DNA from: a virus
Direction: 5' to 3' (one strand)
Virus record (IMG/VR): IMGVR_UViG_3300025816_000009
Coordinates: 1-64,000 of that record
DNA: 64,000 nucleotides
Part shown: piece after piece, positions 60,839-64,000 of the stretch
Layout of the letters: each line of letters begins with the position of its first letter
How positions within the stretch are numbered: position 1 is the first letter of the stretch
Position numbers and translations under genes: made by a program
Notes under the pieces: model-generated
Told to the model about the DNA's origin: nothing
The model's input: the letters and a program-made list of their open reading frames with translations, nothing else
Database searches by the model: none

Positions 60839-62003
60839 TAATGAGAAAATGGAATTACTTCTCGAACATCTCGGGTTCAGACATTTCCCAAGGGCGATAG
60901 GAAATCCAAGACAAGAGTTCGTTTACTCAACCGATGAAGTTTATCCGAAACTTGTTCAGTGGGATGGTAATTCATCTTGCTTCATTTCAACCGGCGGTTA
61001 TGACGCGCTCAAGTGGGAAGTTGGAAATAAACAAAGTCCGGGTAAAATAATTCACGAGATGACTTTCTTTGACTTCGACCACGAGACGAAACCGGAAAAC
61101 GCATTTGCTGACGCTCAAAGATTATCTCAATTCTTGACGAAGATGAACATCGCACATTGGGTTCAGTATTCCGGAAGCAAGGGTTATCATTTATTCATAA
61201 TTCACAAACCTACGAAGTTCAAGTTCGACCATCGCGACGGTTCAGCGGATGCGTTGAAGAATCTTCTAAACCAAACTCAAACTCATCTCGGAAAAACACT
61301 TGGACTGAATACTTTGGATGAACAAACTACCGGCGACCCAAAACGCTTGTGTAGGATTCCATTCACTCGTCATGTAAATCGCTTGGGTAAATTATCCGGC
61401 AGATATGCTGTTCCTGTTGACACGGAAAAACTTGACACAATTTCACACGAGGATATTGAAAAAATGTCCTATCGACCTCGATACGCTTTGCCTAACATCA
61501 TCGGGAGAAGACTAACTTTGCGAGATTTCATTGTCGAACTTGGTGTTGAACTTCACCAACCCGAAACTCAACTTCGTGATATTATCAATTCCGATTTCGA
61601 TTACAATCCATCAACGACGGCATTTCTAAAATCGCTTGAATACAGATGTCCGGGTGTCGTCAATGAATTGAAGCGTAGGAATCCCCCACACAACGCAAGG
61701 GTGTTTAGTGCGCTGTTCGGAAAAACATTAGGCTATGATGGGGGGAGATTCGAAGATATTTGGATGGAAATGGGGAAGACAATTGGTTATGTGGACTTAC
61801 ACAATAAAGAGCATAGACTCTATCAAATGTCAACAATATTCGATGACCCGAAATGGCGGTCATTCCCGAACTGTACAACACTCAAAGCCAAGGGCTGTTG
61901 CATTGGTGAAACCTGTCCGAGATGGAAGACTTTTCAAGGTGGGGCAACTAACCAAGTTCGTACAATAAACAGGAAGTGGAGAAAGAAAAATGGTAGCAAA
62001 TAA
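60828..62003 (+). CDS. Archaeo-eukaryotic primase, PriS-PriL fusion
   Basis: FFDFD, YSGSKGYH, RLCRIP; C-terminal CPGV...HNAR...PNCxxL...C..C FeS domain. Confidence 0.85.
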   Translation: MRFDNEKMELLLEHLGFRHFPRAIGNPRQEFVYSTDEVYPKLVQWDGNSSCFISTGGYDALKWEVGNKQSPGKIIHEMTFFDFDHETKPENAFADAQRLSQFLTKMNIAHWVQYSGSKGYHLFIIHKPTKFKFDHRDGSADALKNLLNQTQTHLGKTLGLNTLDEQTTGDPKRLCRIPFTRHVNRLGKLSGRYAVPVDTEKLDTISHEDIEKMSYRPRYALPNIIGRRLTLRDFIVELGVELHQPETQLRDIINSDFDYNPSTTAFLKSLEYRCPGVVNELKRRNPPHNARVFSALFGKTLGYDGGRFEDIWMEMGKTIGYVDLHNKEHRLYQMSTIFDDPKWRSFPNCTTLKAKGCCIGETCPRWKTFQGGATNQVRTINRKWRKKNGSK

Positions 62004-62871
62004 GACAGCGAAATATGACAAGATAATCGAAAACGAAGAATCGCTTGCGGCGTTCTTTGACGGCGAACCGAACCTTGGTCAACTTTTGGGATTGTACAGA
62101 TACTCGAAAAACTTGATTGAAGAAATGGCACTTTCGGGAACGAGACAGGATATGCCGGACCAAGATGAGTTCCTATTGACTTCAATAGACCCATGGAAGT
62201 TAGAGAAAAAACTTGGGGAAATGATTCTGAACGAAATGGTTAGCCGACATCGAAAAGTTGACCATCGAGAACATTGGACGATGTGCGCGTATCTCGGAGA
62301 TTTAGGATTCGAAGTTGTTCATCTCAATACAGGAGAAGGAGATGTATCAAGTCGAAAAGTCAGTATCGAGAGAAAAGAGGACGACCTCGTTCCGTCTCTG
62401 TTCGATGGCAGAAGACTAAGACAACTAAGCGCCATGAGAGAAACTGCTGAATATTCATTTTTGATAGTTTCGAAATCATATACGGAAATCAAAAAGGGAT
62501 TACAAGAGCGACAAGTTTCAGATAAAATCTTCACGTCGTTCATAGCAAGTTTGGCCGCTGTTGGCTATCCGCCGATGTTTATTGATGACAGATACGACGC
62601 CGCTCAAGTGATGCACCAATTAATCGGGAAGATTGAAGATGACAATCATCGACTCTATGTTCCCCGACCCAAAGGCGCTAACCCAACTGATTTCCGAAAT
62701 GCTATGGTCGAGGCTTTGCCGAAGGTTGGATTCAAAACACGCCGAAAATTAGTAGCCAAGTTTCCGAGCATAGCAAAATTAGTAGCCGCGAGTGTTGATG
62801 ATATACAAGCGATTGAAGGAATTGGTCAGAAGACTGCCGAAAAGATTTGGCATTGTCTTCATGATGAATAA
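61990..62871 (+). CDS. XPF/ERCC4-family nuclease with tandem HhH
   Basis: VDHRE, GD, IERKxxDL...DGR..Q, LPKVG, IEGIGQKTA. Confidence 0.85.
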   Translation: MVANKTAKYDKIIENEESLAAFFDGEPNLGQLLGLYRYSKNLIEEMALSGTRQDMPDQDEFLLTSIDPWKLEKKLGEMILNEMVSRHRKVDHREHWTMCAYLGDLGFEVVHLNTGEGDVSSRKVSIERKEDDLVPSLFDGRRLRQLSAMRETAEYSFLIVSKSYTEIKKGLQERQVSDKIFTSFIASLAAVGYPPMFIDDRYDAAQVMHQLIGKIEDDNHRLYVPRPKGANPTDFRNAMVEALPKVGFKTRRKLVAKFPSIAKLVAASVDDIQAIEGIGQKTAEKIWHCLHDE

Positions 62872-63355
62872 CACCGGGGCTTTCAACTCTTCCTACTCAA
62901 TGAGGCATCCTTCTTCCCTAGTGTTTTTATGAGAACAGTGCCTAAGTTTCGAGTCGGATGTTCTCAAGTTTTTCTTGTTTGGGTATGCTGTATGACCACT
63001 TATTGCCTCGGCTTCTTTATCCGCTAGTGGTTCAAAGGGTTGGGAATGGGATAGCCCGTCTGCTTAGGTGCGTGAGAATTACCTCGTTGCCCCCTATCCA
63101 TCGCTACTTTCTTGCCTAATTTATCGTGGTCTGTTCATTACTATTCCATAGTGTTGTTTCCCTTCAAGGGGTTCTACCCAAGAAGTCTCTCTTCCGCTTC
63201 AATCACTCGCTGTTTTTCGCTTTAGCCGCATATGCCTATGTCTTTGTGATTTCGAAGAGAGGACAAGTCCTCGCCGCCGAGCCTTCCTCGGAAGCATCTT
63301 CGCTCATTCCCGGGAGTCCGCCTTTCGACGTCTCCCATGAGAGGCAACCTCTCAC
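62872..63355 (-). ncRNA. Putative large structured ncRNA M (~480 nt, two domains)
   Basis: G at TATA+30; 14-bp bulged stem GUGAGAGGUUGCCUC/GAGGUAAUUCUCAC; many hairpins including CGUC-GAAA-GGCG; second domain with ACCACU/AGUGGU and UGAGAACA/UGUUCUCA. Confidence 0.6.
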
Positions 63356-63379
63356 AAACTAATGAGGCAGGCTTCCACC

Positions 63380-63432
63380 TATAAAGGTTTCGGAACATCA
63401 ATGTCTTGCTATATCAATAGTTTACTTTTATT
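63380..63432. promoter_or_regulatory. ATTGA-repeat promoter cassette (inverted), back-to-back with RFC promoter
   Basis: tataaaggtttcggaacatcaatgtcttgctatatcaatag. Confidence 0.7.
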
Positions 63433-63455
63433 AAGGTGGGCATTGAGGATAGTTC

Positions 63456-64000
63456 ATGTGGACTGAAACCTATAGGCCGAATACGTTAGATGATGTAATT
63501 GGTCAAGAACACATCACTCGCCGGATTAGATACATGATAGATGAACTTCACAAGAGTGGAGATGATGGCGCTTGGCCTCATATGATGTTCGCCGGACCTG
63601 CCGGTGTTGGAAAAACTTCCGTGGCTGTTGCCATGATGCGTTCTCTGTTCGGTGAAGATTGGTCGATGAATTATATTGAATTGAATGCTTCCGACTCGAG
63701 AAGTATCAATGACATTAGAACTACAGTCAAGGACTTCTCAAGAAAAGGAGTCATGGGCGTTTACTTGGTTGATGGGAAACCAAAACCAATTCCATTCAAT
63801 GTTGTATTCCTAGACGAATGCGACAATCTGACACCCGATGCTCAATCGGCTCTCCGTAGAATCATGGAACGGTTTTCGAAACAGACTCGATTTGTTTTGT
63901 CTTGTAATTATCCGCATCAGATTATTGACCCGATTAAAGACAGGTGTGCTTTCAGCGATACTAGATTCGGACCTATTCCGGCCAAGACAATTTATGGCGC
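63456..64000 (+). CDS. rfcS: Replication factor C small subunit (clamp loader), 3'-truncated
   Basis: MWTETYRP..LDDVIGQ, FAGPAGVGKTS, IELNASD, FLDECD.LT.DAQSALRRIME, LSCNY, IKDRC; absent from the ORF track because no stop falls inside the window. Confidence 0.9.
   Translation, partial: MWTETYRPNTLDDVIGQEHITRRIRYMIDELHKSGDDGAWPHMMFAGPAGVGKTSVAVAMMRSLFGEDWSMNYIELNASDSRSINDIRTTVKDFSRKGVMGVYLVDGKPKPIPFNVVFLDECDNLTPDAQSALRRIMERFSKQTRFVLSCNYPHQIIDPIKDRCAFSDTRFGPIPAKTIYG

Noticed and set aside
38012-63100. Short words shared between RNAs (GCUUGGUGUU in E and G; GGAUAGGGG in G and M)
   Set aside because: A few 9-10-mer matches are expected by chance among about 2.6 kb of sequence.
62872-63355. RNase P RNA (GAGGAAGGCUCGGC resembles CR-I)
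   Set aside because: The matching CR-V/P4 partner is imperfect and the motif forms its own local hairpin; not callable without cmscan.
20205-63362. ORFs overlapping the proposed ncRNAs (20205..20519, 20224..20409, 26313..26495, 29098..29352, 52825..53280, 53199..53513, 63126..63362)
   Set aside because: They mostly have non-ATG starts or atypical composition, several run through promoter cassettes, and none starts at a promoter-consistent position.

Overview
This window is a 64-kb segment of a head-tail (Caudoviricetes, HK97-fold, siphovirus-like) virus that infects an archaeon. It carries a terminase, portal, prohead protease, major capsid protein, tail tube, a frameshifted tail chaperone, tape measure protein, giant tail proteins and collagen-like fibres. 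It also has an archaeal-type replication/repair block: XPD-like helicase, MCM-like ATPase, RPA-like protein, Cas4-like nuclease, PCNA-like clamp, PriS-PriL primase fusion, XPF/ERCC4 nuclease and RFC. Genes are mostly leaderless and sit behind TATA promoters. A Marine Group II/Poseidoniales virus (magrovirus-like) is plausible but is inference only. The main unexplained signal is about 16 copies of a back-to-back promoter cassette (TATAAA-CCTTTT-ATTGA-N11-ATTGA-N5-GAAACC-TTTATA) scattered between core genes. About 14 of its arms point into ORF-free 80-480 nt stretches that begin at a G 29-30 nt after the TATA box, and most are closed by long-range stems with internal GNRA/UUCG/T-loop hairpins. 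I interpret this as a co-regulated repertoire of structured viral non-coding RNAs that I cannot assign to any known RNA family. All protein calls come from motif reading and all RNA folds from pairing by eye; no database search or folding program was run.
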